Positions 1 through 13,100 of a DNA stretch of 64,000 bases are shown here, piece after piece. Both the position numbers and the translations under genes were made by a program. Within the stretch, counting starts at the first letter, position 1; the number at the start of each line of letters is the position of its first letter. The notes under the pieces are model-generated. The model worked only from the letters and a program-made list of their open reading frames with translations. It was not told the origin of the DNA and did not search any database. Source of the stretch: Takakia lepidozioides (lineage: Eukaryota > Plantae > Bryophyta); NCBI GenBank assembly GCA_030704615.1, contig CM060731.1, positions 558,001-622,000 on the forward strand, written 5' to 3'.

Positions 1-649
1 AAATAAAAAAATGTCTAAGCCCCTGCATTATATAAATTTTCCGCATCCACCGATTGAGGGACAATGTTTTTCATTACATCGGTGGGTCCCATGTCTCGGA
101 GATACTGATATGAGAAATCATTGCCTCCGGCGTGTACACTGTATAATCCATTCACATAAATTTCTGAAGTGGGTATCAATTCTCTTGACAATCTTATTTT
201 GCATTGGTTTTAAAATCCAAAAATTGTTCAACTTGAAGCTCGAGATGATATGGAACCAAGTAGTCATCGTTTCGTGCAGTAGCTCCAGCATAGGCAAAAT
301 TAATGCCATGTCGAAAATTGGAATTTGTACGGTTTGTTATATATGCTTGAATTGGAGTGAGGAAAGGAAGTCCAAATGCGTGAGCCACGAAATCAATCAC
401 AATACGTCCATTCGAAAAGCGACCTGCTGGATGTCCGAAAAATGTTTCTCCGTAAGGTCTATTCAATTGCAACTGTTGGTTTGATGGAAATGCTAGTTGA
501 TCATTTCCAGTATCAGAGAGCGAATCTCCAAACATGAACACGGCACCCGATGGACAAACTGCTTTGACCGGATTCAAAGCTGAGGCTAAGATCACCAAAA
601 GCAACAACACGCCTCTCATAACATGAAGCATAGTGTTTGTCATTGCCAC
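1..649 (-). pseudogene. GDSL esterase/lipase, intronless, disrupted; runs off the left edge
   Basis: Signal peptide, FGDSLSDTGN (block I), GRFSNG and NFAYAGATA are present. After a TAA at 194-196 and a frameshift, the minus strand continues LYSVHAGGNDFSY (block III) and ENLYNAGA, followed by another stop/frameshift near position 15. Confidence 0.85.
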
Positions 650-707
650 CTACCCAAGATTACGCACCTCAAACTTGATGAGTGCAACTAAATACCAAAA
701 CTATCAA

Positions 708-920
708 TCAACAAGACCACAAAAAAGCTAACAAGATCAAAGAGAGAGAGAGAGTTACTACAACTAATGAGCAACTACAAAGGCCGTGAGGAAGTGAACA
801 AGACCTAGAAGAGAGAGAGAGACTTACTAAAAGTATTGAGCAACAAAGAACATAAGGAAGTGAGCAAGATTTAGAAGAGAGAGAGCTACCACAACTATAT
901 TTGAGCAATAGAGACCAAGA
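708..920. repeat. Degenerate ~60-bp tandem repeat with (GA)n cores
   Basis: About 3 units of caagacc/tt..agaagagagagag..tac..caacta..gagcaa upstream of the GDSL gene. Confidence 0.6.
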
Positions 921-2124
921 GGAAGGGAGGAAGGTCGAAGATGAAGTGTGAAATATGATAGAAAACTGCACTCTTATATACACTTTGTCTCAAGTGCTTT
1001 TTTCTTCTCTTTTGCATGCCAATTTAGTTTTTCTTAAAAGTACGATAAAACTGGCACCGTTTGTCCTATCAATAGAATTTGATCTTTCATAAAAGAAGCA
1101 AAAGTTCAACTTTCTTTTGAGCATTCAAAGAGGAAAAGAAGCAATTCTTAGTTAGCCTTCACAAAATGGTAGCTTTTAGGCTCCGTCTATCACTATTGCA
1201 CATCGTGTGGTCGTGGATTGAGATGGGGTTCCAGTTTTATTCTAGCTATCGATTTAGAAGATGTGACTCTCCGACTTGGCCAACTGTTTTGAGGCCATCT
1301 GTTCTCGACCCTCTTGGGTGAGATTTGTATTTTCTTTTTGCCAGACGAAAAGGGCTGTGTGAACAGTTGAACATTTCCAAAGGTTTTTGCATTCTGGTCG
1401 GCGGCCGCTATTTTATTGAGTACAACTCATTGTACGCGACAATGTAAAAGAGAGAGAGAGAGTCATTGTGAGCGTTGGCTCTGACATATCCTGTAAGGAC
1501 TAATCCTCGGTATCACCCAAGGTTGGTAGTGGAGTGAGGATGTGGGATAAAATTGTTGATTTGCCTAAGCGGAGTCGATCCATTTGATGACATGGAGTTA
1601 GGAGTGTTGCTCCACATGTTCGTTAAAATTAGAATTTGTTGGTTAGTTTCACTTTGAGCTTTCAAATCAAGATACGTTCACCTCCACATTTCAGTGGCAT
1701 TAGTTTTAAGATCCGAGACGAAGTTAGATAAATTAGAGATCAATGGATGCATTTGTTTGTATATAAAAACCAAAACGGACAGACCACATAGTGGAAATGA
1801 AGATTGAAGAACCTCAATTCTGAGTAGTTGAAACTTCAGTAGCAAGTATCCTAATCTTCTTTTGAATGCTTGCTGGATATGCCGACCATTAAAACGAAGC
1901 CAATATCTGGCGAGGAGTGGGCGTTATCACTACTTTACCGCCTGCTTCTGCTGTTGTAACATATAGGTATTCACATTACAACCTCCATTGCCACAACGTT
2001 GATGGCCTCTTGCATCCTTATCTTCTAAGCCAGGCTCTATGGGCAATCATCTACAATGAGCAGGCAGTATGTGGAAATGTGGTATAGGGTTTGTCTTTGG
2101 TTATAGTTAATTGCCTTGGACAGG

Positions 2125-2902
2125 GTGTAGGGAATTCCAGAAAGGCCTTGATGTGAAATGCATCCCAAGTCACTTGATCACCCCCCTAAAAGTGCGCAAT
2201 TGCTAAAACTAGCTTGAAAACAACCCTAATTTGCAATTCAATTGAATTGATAGTTGACAATTCAATAGGCTCATCATGTCTGAGTCCCTGACACTAGTAT
2301 TTGGCCCAGGACACAACCCCAAAGAAAACAAATAATCTGTTCATCTTGAGAATTATCAAAAATAATATTGTTTCAATACCCTTACAAAGGTCACTATCAT
2401 GTTGAAGTTGGGATGTATGTTCCATACAGAGTTTAATATATCAAACTCTTATACGTTGATACTCTTACATTGGTATCATGTTTGGTTATATGTACATAGC
2501 CATATATTGGCACCAACATCCACAAAGAGAGACAATCCGGCTTTTAGGGCAAGCGCTTCCTCTCTCCCTCTCCCGCTCTCCCTTAGGCTTATCTCGTGCT
2601 CAGGCCTCACGACGGGCAAAGGATAGACAGACGGGCAACATGTATTTTCAGCTTATATGTATAATTTGAATATGTACATATATGTATACATTATATATAG
2701 AAATAAATTAAAAATTATAGATTGACAATTGAATTGTATTTTGAGTTGACAATTGAATTGCAAATTAGGGTTGCTTTCAAGCTAGTTTTAGCAGTTCAAT
2801 TGAATTGCAAAGGCAATCCAATTGAATTGCGCACTTTTAGGGAGGGTGATCAAGTGAATTGCAATGCATTTCACATCAAGGCTTTTTTGGAATTCCCTAC
2901 AC
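2125..2902. mobile_element. Long-TIR (foldback) MITE-like element
   Basis: Arms of ~140-180 bp (gtgtagggaattcc... at 2125 and ...ggaattccctacac at 2902) are imperfect reverse complements. No clean TSD. Confidence 0.75.
2271..2722 (-). mobile_element. Dispersed non-autonomous repeat (possibly Helitron-like) nested in the foldback element
   Basis: A second copy lies at 44735-44895 plus 47790-48114. On the minus strand both copies begin A^TCTATAAT. The 3' end is not well defined. Confidence 0.6.
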
Positions 2903-4110
2903 GGTATGCTGCAGCGCTCACCCCGCAATCTCTATATCATCCGCTCCTGAACGCGCATATACATTAAAAAAAGTGAGGTTGGGTAGCGTGATGTGAGCAA
3001 AATAGATTATTTCGCATATTCTAAAAATATGCAAGTGGCACACCGCCAAGAAACCAGAGTCCACAATGTCTATCAAAGAGAGACTAATGGAATAAAAAGG
3101 GAAAATGATCATAAGTTGTTGCGCTGCCAAGTCCTTTTGTAAGGTTTGTAAGGAAGATGAATTCTAGATCTACATTTTTTAAAACCGCGTCAATGGCGCC
3201 CGTTACTCTGTGGCTCTTCTCCATCTACAGGGGATAATCTAGTGCCATGGGAACTCCCAACATGCAAGAAAGGAGTTGCTCCATGTAATTCATAATTCGG
3301 AAGCTCAGGTGCAGAAGACGCATTTTTTTCCCTAGATCGTGTCAAAACCAGTAATCGTTGCCTTCTGCCCTCTACGCATCTGTGAAAAGCTACAAGCACA
3401 ACCCTCCAAGCTTAGTCTGAACCAAAAAATTCTTGCATTGGGAACCAAGATAGAGCTTGAGCCTTTTGTAAAGCAACAGAAGCTCGTTGTCTAAAGAAAG
3501 CTATAAGGACAAAGACGTTTCGACTTTCGACACTTTTGTTTTCCGCTCTGCGATGGACATATACAAAAGGAGTTGTTGGACTCATGATGCAAACAATAAC
3601 TGAAGATCTCGACTGCAAAAAGGATGAATGTGTCTGTGGGGTGACGTTCTCGACAGTCGCGCTCCTTTCCCTGTTTGGCTAACGAAGGAGCACTCCATGT
3701 AATGAGGCTTTGCGTGGAAGGAGATCTGACCTAGTAGCATCAGCGATGACAACGTCCGCCAAGGGCCTAATAGATGACCCAATATCCCCATGACAGTCGT
3801 ATAAAAAGAAGACAAAACCTCCAAAAACTGGGGACTGGGGACATCGCAAGAGATATGAAGGTCGGTGTAAAAAACATTTGGCAAGATTGCCATGGGCTAC
3901 CTGCAGAGTGTATATCCCCTAGTTTGGGAAGCAGCTAAAAGATGTGGACTAAATCACTAAGATATATCAGCGACCTTTTTATTGGCGAATTTTCATCAGA
4001 TTTCAACCTCAAAAAATGAAATGGAATATTTTGTTACAAATTCCATGTTTTTTCATGGATGAAATCGCCAAACTTTTCCAAATAAAACATAAATTATGGA
4101 TGAATTTGCC

Positions 4111-4577
4111 AAATATAGATGATAAATGGATTAAAGTACAAAGATGGATGATTCTATCCTAATTTCAGTGGATGAACATAATGTATGGTTATTTTTAGCA
4201 AAACTCTGTATAGTCTGCCATGGATAAATGTTAACTTTCGGGAGTAGAAAAAAAAATAACATTTAGACAAGGTTAACACATTAACAGTTTATGAGGGGTT
4301 AGTTGTAGCACATTAACATTTACAGAATGTAACATTTAACAAATGTAAAAATATAGATGATAAATGGATTAAAGTACAAAGATGGATGATTCTATCCTAA
4401 TTTCAGAATGTACGGTTATTTTTAGCAAAACTCTGTACAGTCTGCCATGGATAAATGTTAACTTTCGGGAGTAGAAAAAAAATAACATTTAGACAAGGTT
4501 AACACATTAACAGTTTATGAGGGGTTAGTTGTAGCACATTAATATTTACAGAATGTAACATTTAACAAATGTAAAAA
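4111..4577. repeat. Tandem duplication of ~235 bp that includes the left end of a MITE
   Basis: aaatatagatgataaatggattaaagtac...aacaaatgtaaaaa occurs at ~4111 and ~4349, nearly identical. Confidence 0.9.
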
Positions 4578-5641
4578 TTATGAGAATAACACTTATGAAA
4601 CTGTAATACCGTACCTGCCTACGCTGTCCGATGATAATTAAATGTAAAAACAAACTGCTGGAAAAATTTAAAACAGAGCCTTACCAGGAACGAATGTTAG
4701 GAAATTCGATCCCAAGACTGCCCCACCATATTCACTTGCAATACCATTGTACTAGCCATATATTAATGCAATAGCAGTTCTTTTTTATTATTTATCGTAA
4801 TACTGCTGGAACTGCAGAAATGAAAAAAAGGCTGCCCTACCTCTTATGTAAGAAAAATTAATTAATTCGGCACGGTCCTGACGAATAGCATAGGCAAGTA
4901 CGGTATATTCTATTCTCTCTTTGTTTGTGAGTTGTCTTTGATCTTTATTAATCAACTTATTAGTACAACATATCTATCTAATCATATGTGGGTGCGCCTA
5001 CCTATCAACAACCAAAAAGAAAACTGCATAAGTATTTCAAGAATATTTTAACTACACTAGCATGCACTCCTACCTACAAGCCCATTGCCACTCCAACCAC
5101 CTTAGAGTGCATTTGTCTACTCCCATTGACCCACTTCCTTCATCTCCGCCTCCCATGACCCCACAGATTGGCTCTTCCCACAGTGTCGGGTTGCCTGACC
5201 TTCCCAAACTGGCCAAATGAATTGGGGGTACATAGTGGTCTCGTCTCTGGAAAACATCCTGCATGAGAAATGCTGAACATACATTCATTGTACCTCAGAA
5301 ATAACCTCCCGGATATCAAGTCTCAAAATGTTGTATATGCACTTGCTTCATCTATTCACTTTAGTATTACCTCCCACTTACTTTCTGGTGTTCTGATTGG
5401 TATGATTTAAGATGGAGTCTTATCATAATCTAGTTGGAACTTATACTACTTTCTTCTCTTATGCGAAGCCTTTATGGTACACTTAACATTTGTGGAGGGC
5501 AAATTAACAAAGAGGGGAGTAAACATTTGTTAACAAATAACACTTAACATTTGCTAGTGTGCACAAGTAGGGGAGTAAAACTTTCTTAACATTTATGGTA
5601 GTTTAACGGTTATAGAGGTAACATTTATCCCGGGCAGATTG
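4438..5641. mobile_element. Tc1/mariner-type MITE
   Basis: TA|cagtctgccatggataaatgtta ... taacatttatcccgggcagattg|TA: imperfect TIRs, TA TSD, many internal taacattt motifs. Confidence 0.75.
4609..4903. mobile_element. pogo/mariner-type MITE nested in the previous MITE
   Basis: TA|ccgtacctgcctacgct ... agcataggcaagtacgg|TA. Confidence 0.75.
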
Positions 5642-7198
5642 TAGCCCCTCGTGCAGTTTCCAAATTTCTTAGGAAAAAACGCTCAGATTTATAAAAAAAA
5701 AGGTATGACGCCTCCCCGAGGAAGCGTAACTTATGGAGTCACTTCACCCCCAAGGGCTACTGCCTTCCGCTAGGAAGGTGGATAAAACGCTGAGATATAT
5801 TAAGGGCCAGTTTCTATCTGGACTCCTATATCATGATGCTGTATGGGGAGTACGGGTCTATATGGGTACATCCATGTGTCCGTACACTTTGTGCGATTCG
5901 TCTGCAAGGCAAGTCGTGAGGTGCTAGCTGGCCAGGTCCTCTTCTTTCATTAACTTGTGAGTTGCAATAGCGGATCAAAAATAGTACATAGTCCCATCTG
6001 CCAAGTGCCCTCCCCCGAAAAAAGACAGAAGTTGTTAGATGAAATGACCATGACCCATTCTCGAGGCAGGTCTTACGGCGAAACCAGCAAAACGGAGACC
6101 ATACGAATAGTCAAAGCACGGACCCCGTGGTCAACACCATCTTGGACAATGTGAGCCAACTGAGAGGGTTCACGTGGAAAGTGACCATACGACGCAGTCT
6201 CGACTCTTGAAAAGGAAAATAAAAAATCTTCAAATGCTGTGAAGTAGGCGTCCATTTGGGCAATGGCTAAACCTGTGCTCGGGTTTAGCCACAAAAAGTA
6301 TTATAATAAAGTAAAACGCCCTTTAATGATTGTGACGTGGCACAACAGCTGGTGCGGAGGCCCTGGGATATCTGACAAGTGGATTTCTGTCACTGGAGAA
6401 TGTAAATACGACACCGTACGCAGAAGGTCTGTACGGCCGTACGATGCATTATCGACACGATATCCATAAAGCAGAAGTATCGCCGTAAATGACGATACAT
6501 TTACGATACTTAGATCCTGCTGGCAGTGTGAGAGTGGCAAGAACATGTCTGGCGCTTGTGTTTATTAACGAGTGCTCCCATAACGGACGACATCCGTCCA
6601 TGAAACTAGTTACAGGGAAGATTGGCAACAGTATAGGAGTGGCGAGAAGAAAGGCGGCCTGCACGAAACGGATCTTTTATAGGGGAAGGAGAGAGATGGA
6701 GAGAGGGACGTACAGGGGCGGGTGGCCTGCGACATGAGATACCTACTCCAGTGTTCAAGTCGGTGTTTTTGAGGCAGGTCTTTCCGTGTCTCTTCTTGGC
6801 TGGACCTTCAAGATAAGGCGGCCTGCTTGCCGGTACGTACGGTGGAAGTCTTTTTAGTCGGTTGCATTGGACAGAGGGCGTTTGGTTGGACTGTATACCA
6901 AGAGTGCAGGCGCACTTCTGGTAGAAAACCAAACTTCAAGAGTGGACCTTGACTGTCAAGAGCACAAATGATGTCCAGTATGAAGCTGATGCATTGGACC
7001 CGCCCATTGATGTCGAGCATGGGAGACCATTGATTCTTAGTGCACCTAGTTGGCAACGTAATTTCAGAAGCAACAGGAGTGACGGTGTAGACTTTGGTTT
7101 GTGCACGACTGTTGTCGATTAAAGACCACTTCTAGATTGTTTTGGAACTGCTCGTCGGGGTTGTCGGAGTGTATCTGGTCGGTAGGTTCCCTTACGAC

Positions 7199-10100
7199 AT
7201 GAAAAGTTTTGGAAAGTTATCGAGGAGAGTACCCTCGGCGGATGATGGTGATGCAAGTGAGGATGCTCTTGGAGGATACGAAGAGGAGACAGTTGACGAA
7301 GATGTCTTCATCCTTCCACCAAACCCGAGCCTAGACAGGTTGAAGAAATGGCGGGTATGTTCTATGATCTCACCATCCCAGCTCTTCTAAACATGGCCAC
7401 TCCTGTCCTTCCCTAGACCTTCTTATAGGCATGCATTGTACGATGGGAAAGATTCTCGGTTCTAGGACAGCGTGGCTATGTTTGCACTATTCATGCACGT
7501 TCCAAAGTAAAACCGGATGGTTATTGAATGAGCCTAGTGGGACGATAAGTCTTGGTGCTCACATTGAGAGGATTTTATTATTTCCTTAGAGTCTGTATCC
7601 AACTTCGACCCCAGCCTTTAACCTGGCCATTGGTAGCAGGCACAGTCGATCACAGGGTTCCCTGTCCCAAACATTGAACCGCAGTTTGGCTTTGGTTGGA
7701 ATCTTGCCATTGAAGTGTTGGTGCCTCCTGAGATGGTCCATTGTCTGTGATGGCGTTGAGAGCTGGTAGGGCTGCCAAGGCTTGCTTGGGTTTTTTGCAG
7801 TGTCCTTTTAGGGAACATTTCTACAATGTGCAGGGTGTTGGCTTCTGCAGCAAGCAACCTTAGCACTCAATGCCACAAGGCGATTTCGGTACACCTTGGA
7901 TCTTCGCAAGCAAGACACCCTTAATAAGGGAGCAGCTACCAGGCGCTTAAGAGCTGGTGCCCATGCTTTACGTGTAAGTGAGTTTGGCCAATGAATGCAA
8001 TCTTATACTAAAGATCTAAGTTCCTGTTCTTCTTGTTGTTCTGTACTCTTTATTCTGTGCATTACTCGTTCTCATTCTTACTGATGGGAAAACCTGCAAC
8101 GGGAGGACCGCCTATGTCCAGCTTGCATAGGGCGCAGCAAGGAAATTGAAACTGAAGAACACTTCTTCTTCTACTGCCCTCTATACTACGAGATCCGCGG
8201 AAGATTTCACTGTTTATTCAGTGGAACCCAAACTCTCACTGATGTCTTTCACTATGAGGATCAAAAATGCGTGGCAGCCTACCTACACGAGGCCTTCACC
8301 CTTAGACAATCGCTAGAACATTAATTGTGGTTTCTGGATTTGTTCCTCTCTCATGTTTTCTTCCATTCTGTCCCATAAGCTCTACGAGCTTTCCGCGGAT
8401 GTTATAAAGCACCATTTCATTTCATTTCTTACTTTCATATTCTTGTGGAGGTAAGAAGAATGACTATTTGTCATCAGTTTGATTGTGATAGTGATGCGGT
8501 TGCTTTTTGCGAATGAAGAACTGGACATATTCTTCACTTTTATTAGAGTGTTCTTGGAAAGCCATCTTAGACCTTCTGGATTCCATTATTATTGCGTTCT
8601 TAGCAAGTAGCTAAAGTAAAATTATCACCAGCAACTTCATCAATGCAGTTCTCAATTGTACTCTGTAGCCACGTGTTTGGCAGTTGAAAACCAACCATCT
8701 GCATTAGAGGTACATTTGCCACTCATGCAGTGATCATGATTGAGCATGTTGATTCGAAAGTTTCCCACATCCACCTTTGAGACAAGAATATGACTACTAG
8801 CAGGATCAACCAGGGCAGCTAATCTCTGTTAGGGCCTACAGAGCTTTTTTGACAGTTTTATGGTGCCATGTCTTTCAGGCGGTCCAACGTTTCAGAGAAG
8901 CAGGCTTGAGATTCAGATCAGGTACTAGTTCTGTCCTCAAGAATTCCATTTTGTCTTTCTCACAGTCTGCACTAAATCTTTCTGAAGTATCGAACAACAT
9001 CAATTTAAAAATCTTGACCTTCTGGAGGAGTTTACGAAGACTACGGGCTGCCAGCCAACCTTTAGAAAACCAAAGTCATGTTTTTAATCTGGCCCTGCTG
9101 ATCAGAAATTCCTCTACAGCAATCATGAGATTGAACTGGTCACATCTTACCCATATCTGGAGGTTGGTATTCATGCCCCACAATTCAAGTTTGCAGATTT
9201 TACCTATGGACAGACTGACAAAGGGGTAGCTTTTGTCTCCAAGGGTTGCCCTTTCTACCGTGAGATCCGTGGGAGGACAGGAAAAGAGAATCTGGTACGC
9301 TTGTAAGTAGAACGGTACAGTAGGAGCATAGAAAGCAAACAGTAGAACCAAGCAACACAAAAACAGCTAAACCCTTCCAGCCCAGTTTTTATTTCAACTC
9401 AGGAGAGAAGATTTCTGTTATGTGCTCCATCAAGCTCCATCTTCCATTATATGACGGCTGATACCCTTCTCTTGCTGTGTGTAGATCCACTGCCAGAGGG
9501 ATTTGGTGTGGCGCGTGGCCGGCTGCTGAACCTAATTCAGGATCATCAATTAGAAGATTTAAATAAGCTTGGTGGGGTGAGAGCTGTAGCCACTGGAAAG
9601 GGCATTCTTTTCTGTCCTTCTGAGAGCACTAATTAGTCAGGATCTAAGGACTCAGTGTTGCAGTTCATGAGCTACACCATACACTGGGACTTCTTTTGTT
9701 TGACTGTGGGCATTCTGTTCTGTCCTTCTTGGCTTATAGGTTTTGATTTTGGACAACGTTTTTGCCCCTTCTTCTCTGACATGCCACTGCCATCATTTTG
9801 TATAAGAGTATGAAGATTAGTTTCAGAGAACTGTTCATCTATGCTTTCTTTGGAATGGTTTGTCAGGTTTTGTGTTGCTGGTCACCTTACAGGCTGTTGT
9901 GTTTGGTTTGACAGGTTGGGGGGTTAGCAAAGTCACTCCATAGTCATTTAGAGGAAGGCATTGATAATATGCCTGAGGAAGTAAAGAGGCGACAGGTTGC
10001 TTTTGGGGTGAACAGCTACCCAAGAAAGCATGCCAAGAGTTTGTTGGTACGTGCACTTGATGCAAACCTTTGAGTTGCGTTCTTGGTGTGATGCTGTTGG

Positions 10101-13100
10101 GCTCTGTCAAAACTGTATTTTGGGCTCTTTTGGGCTCTTCGTGTCTTACCTACGGAGGGGTAGAGAGGAGCACACTCTCTTTCCCTGCAGAATGATGGAT
10201 CTCTATCAGAGGCAGGCTGTAGGCCACCTTTCTCTCAAAAGGAAGTGCTTAATTTTGTAAGCCTCACCTCTGACAAATTTATTGCCTGCAGTTCTTTGTG
10301 AATTTTAGGAGCTCATGTTCTTAGTCTTCACTATGTAGACATGCCTGCTTTTAATGCAGTCATATCTCCCTTTAGTTTCTTGTTTTGTGGATCTTACAAC
10401 TTCGCTTGTGGCATTGAGCCTATGAAACGTTACTAAGGCAGATTTCTCCCTTGTTGCCTGTATTGCAGGTATTTGTGTGGGAGGCCTGTCAGGATACCAC
10501 ACTTATTATTTTGATGGTGGCTGCAGCTGTCTCTTTGGCAACAGGAATGTGGGCTGATGTATGTTGCCCCAGCTACAGAAGATCTGGTGTAGAATTGGAA
10601 CCTTGCAATATGCATTGGGTAGTCATAATTTAGGGGTGAAAATCAGAAGGTCGCTAAGTGGTTGCCATGTAGGATTTTGCAAACCTGATTGAGAGGCAAG
10701 TCCCTGTGTGAATTCCCTGATGACACTTGGTAGAGTTGAATTATGACCACCACCTTGATGCTGTGCATCTATCTAAAGTGACCCAACCACTCAGCCACCC
10801 ATGGATAGTGGGTTGTGTAAAGCTATCATTGTAAATTGCTGTCAGGAGCATTTGTCTAGCTGTACATATTTTTATACTCTGTAGGGGATCAAGGAAGCTG
10901 TGTGGATGTCTTATTGGACTGTAGGATTGGAGCACCTATGGATAGTTGGTTGTGCAAATCCATTTACTGAAAATTGCTTGGCTAGCTTGTCAGTGTAGTA
11001 GTAGCTTATATTTTAGATCATGATGCAGGGGGTCAAGGAAGGCTGGTATGATGGCACAAGCATTGCGGCCGCGGTGCTTGTCGTAATTGCAGTCACAGGT
11101 AAAAGTTCTATGAGTGTCACTCCTTGGGGTGTTTCATACCCACCTTGTGGGTACTTTGTTTTCCTGCGGCATTGTCTGTGCTGGGCTACCTTCTTTGATA
11201 CAGCTGACAACTATCCACTATGCCTGGTTGCTAGATGTTCTGACACTGGTTGTGCAATAAATTGAAGATTTCACAAAGGAAGTGGAAAACTGCTATGCTG
11301 ATTGATGTGACCTCTGTTTCTCTTACCATACAGCTGGCAGCGACTACAAGCAATCTTTACAATTTCGCAATCTCAGTGAAAGCAATGAAAACATTCAACT
11401 GGAGGTGAGCCCCTTTCTTGTGCACAGGATAGTCATATGAGATTTGTGTTTTTCATGTGCATAGCACGATACTTGGAGGTCCAACTCCCTCTGCATGGGC
11501 AGAGGCGCTTCCGCAGTTCTGCATCGTCATTTACACATTTTGCACAGTTATGTTTATGTGGTAGAAATGTTGTAGATGTTAATATGGATACAGTGATGGA
11601 TGTAGCGAAGAAGTTAAGTTTCTGGTGTTAATACTATTTGCAGGTTGTGAGAGGTGGCCAACACCTCACTGTTTCCATATTTGACGTAGTGGTTGGGGAC
11701 ATTGTTCCCTTGAGCATCGGTGGCCAGGTGCCTCCCGCTCTTGTTTTCCTTCTGTTTTAAGCCTTAAGTTGCTTACTTGTGAATTTTCCTCATGTCATCT
11801 AACTGAGCTTATACGTTTCAAAATTGGGTCGGAATATGTTCTTATCCTGCAGGCAATAGACGTGGAGGGTATTTGTTATCATTTAGTACATAACAGAAAG
11901 ATATTTTGGTCCAGTAGTTTATCTCAGATAACATGCTTAGATACTTTTTCTCCAAATCTCTCTCCAAATCAATCCCTTTTGCTTCAGGTACCGGCAGATG
12001 GGATATTTGTGTCAGGACATGCTTTATCGATAGATGAATCAAGTATGACTGGTGAAAGTTGTCCGGTATGTTCTTGTTTTTGTCAGAGTAGATATGCATT
12101 ATTTGCTAGGTGCACAATTTGTGTGTCACTTGTGTCCCTTACTTTGACACAGTCTGAGCTAGAGTCCAATGTTTTGAATCAGCAGTCAAGGGGCTTGTAA
12201 GTGCAGGGTGCATATAGCTTGACACTTGCTTTGGGGGTTCTCTGTCACTGGTGAAGTATTATATTTTATTGCAGAAAATGCCAAAGCAACTGGACTGTTT
12301 TTCTTTACCTGATTTATTCGGCCCTATGTCTACCTATCAAATGCGAGTTTTAAGTTTAGAAGGTTTTGACATAGATTGGTAATAATCGGGCATTATGCAG
12401 GTCAAGAAGGATCATAAGAACCCCTTCCTTCTGTCAGGCTGCAAGGTGGAGGATGGTTATGGGATATTGCTGGTAATCTGACTGACCCTTCCACTTTGAT
12501 TCTGCTACATCTTTATTCATTGGGCTGGAGAATGAAGCAGTTAATTTCAAAATTTGATTCAGCATGTCATTCAGACAGTTGCCTGCTGCAAAACAGCATG
12601 CAGGAGTCGTAACTTATGCTATGGTACAGGTAACAGGAGTAGGCACAAACACAGAGTGGGGCCAAATCATGGCAACAATTAGTGAAGATAATGCGGAAGA
12701 GACCCCTCTGCAGGTATATTTCAGAACTGTCTCTCCAGTGACACACATTATTGGTTGTCGCATATGGCTGGTTTGGATAGCTCCTCAGAATTTTTCAGAT
12801 GACTTTCTTGGTGTTCTTCAGATCTTCTCATCTCTGAATGGGAATGTGGTTTAATCTTTACCTGGGGCCCCGCAGGTCCGGTTGAATGGAACTGCCACAC
12901 TCATTGGCAAAGTCGGATTGTCTGTTGCAGTAGTTGTCTTCTTCATCCTTTTTGCACGGTAGAGGTTTTCCCTTTCCGTGGCAAAGAGTCGAACAATGCA
13001 ATTGTTTGTCTTAGACAGTTGTTCATAATCATTTTATATCCGATTGAAGACAAGTGTGGATGGGTACCTTGTTCTTGTTTGTGATATCCATTGAATGTTT

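Noticed and set aside
2285-2320. Helitron 3' end (CTAG|T on the minus strand)
   Set aside because: Homology with the second copy extends past the CTAG and the hairpin is weak, so the Helitron call remains tentative.
3190-3900. Coding-like minus-strand ORFs (also at 5950-6660)
   Set aside because: No recognisable motifs and interrupted by stops; cannot be assigned without a search.
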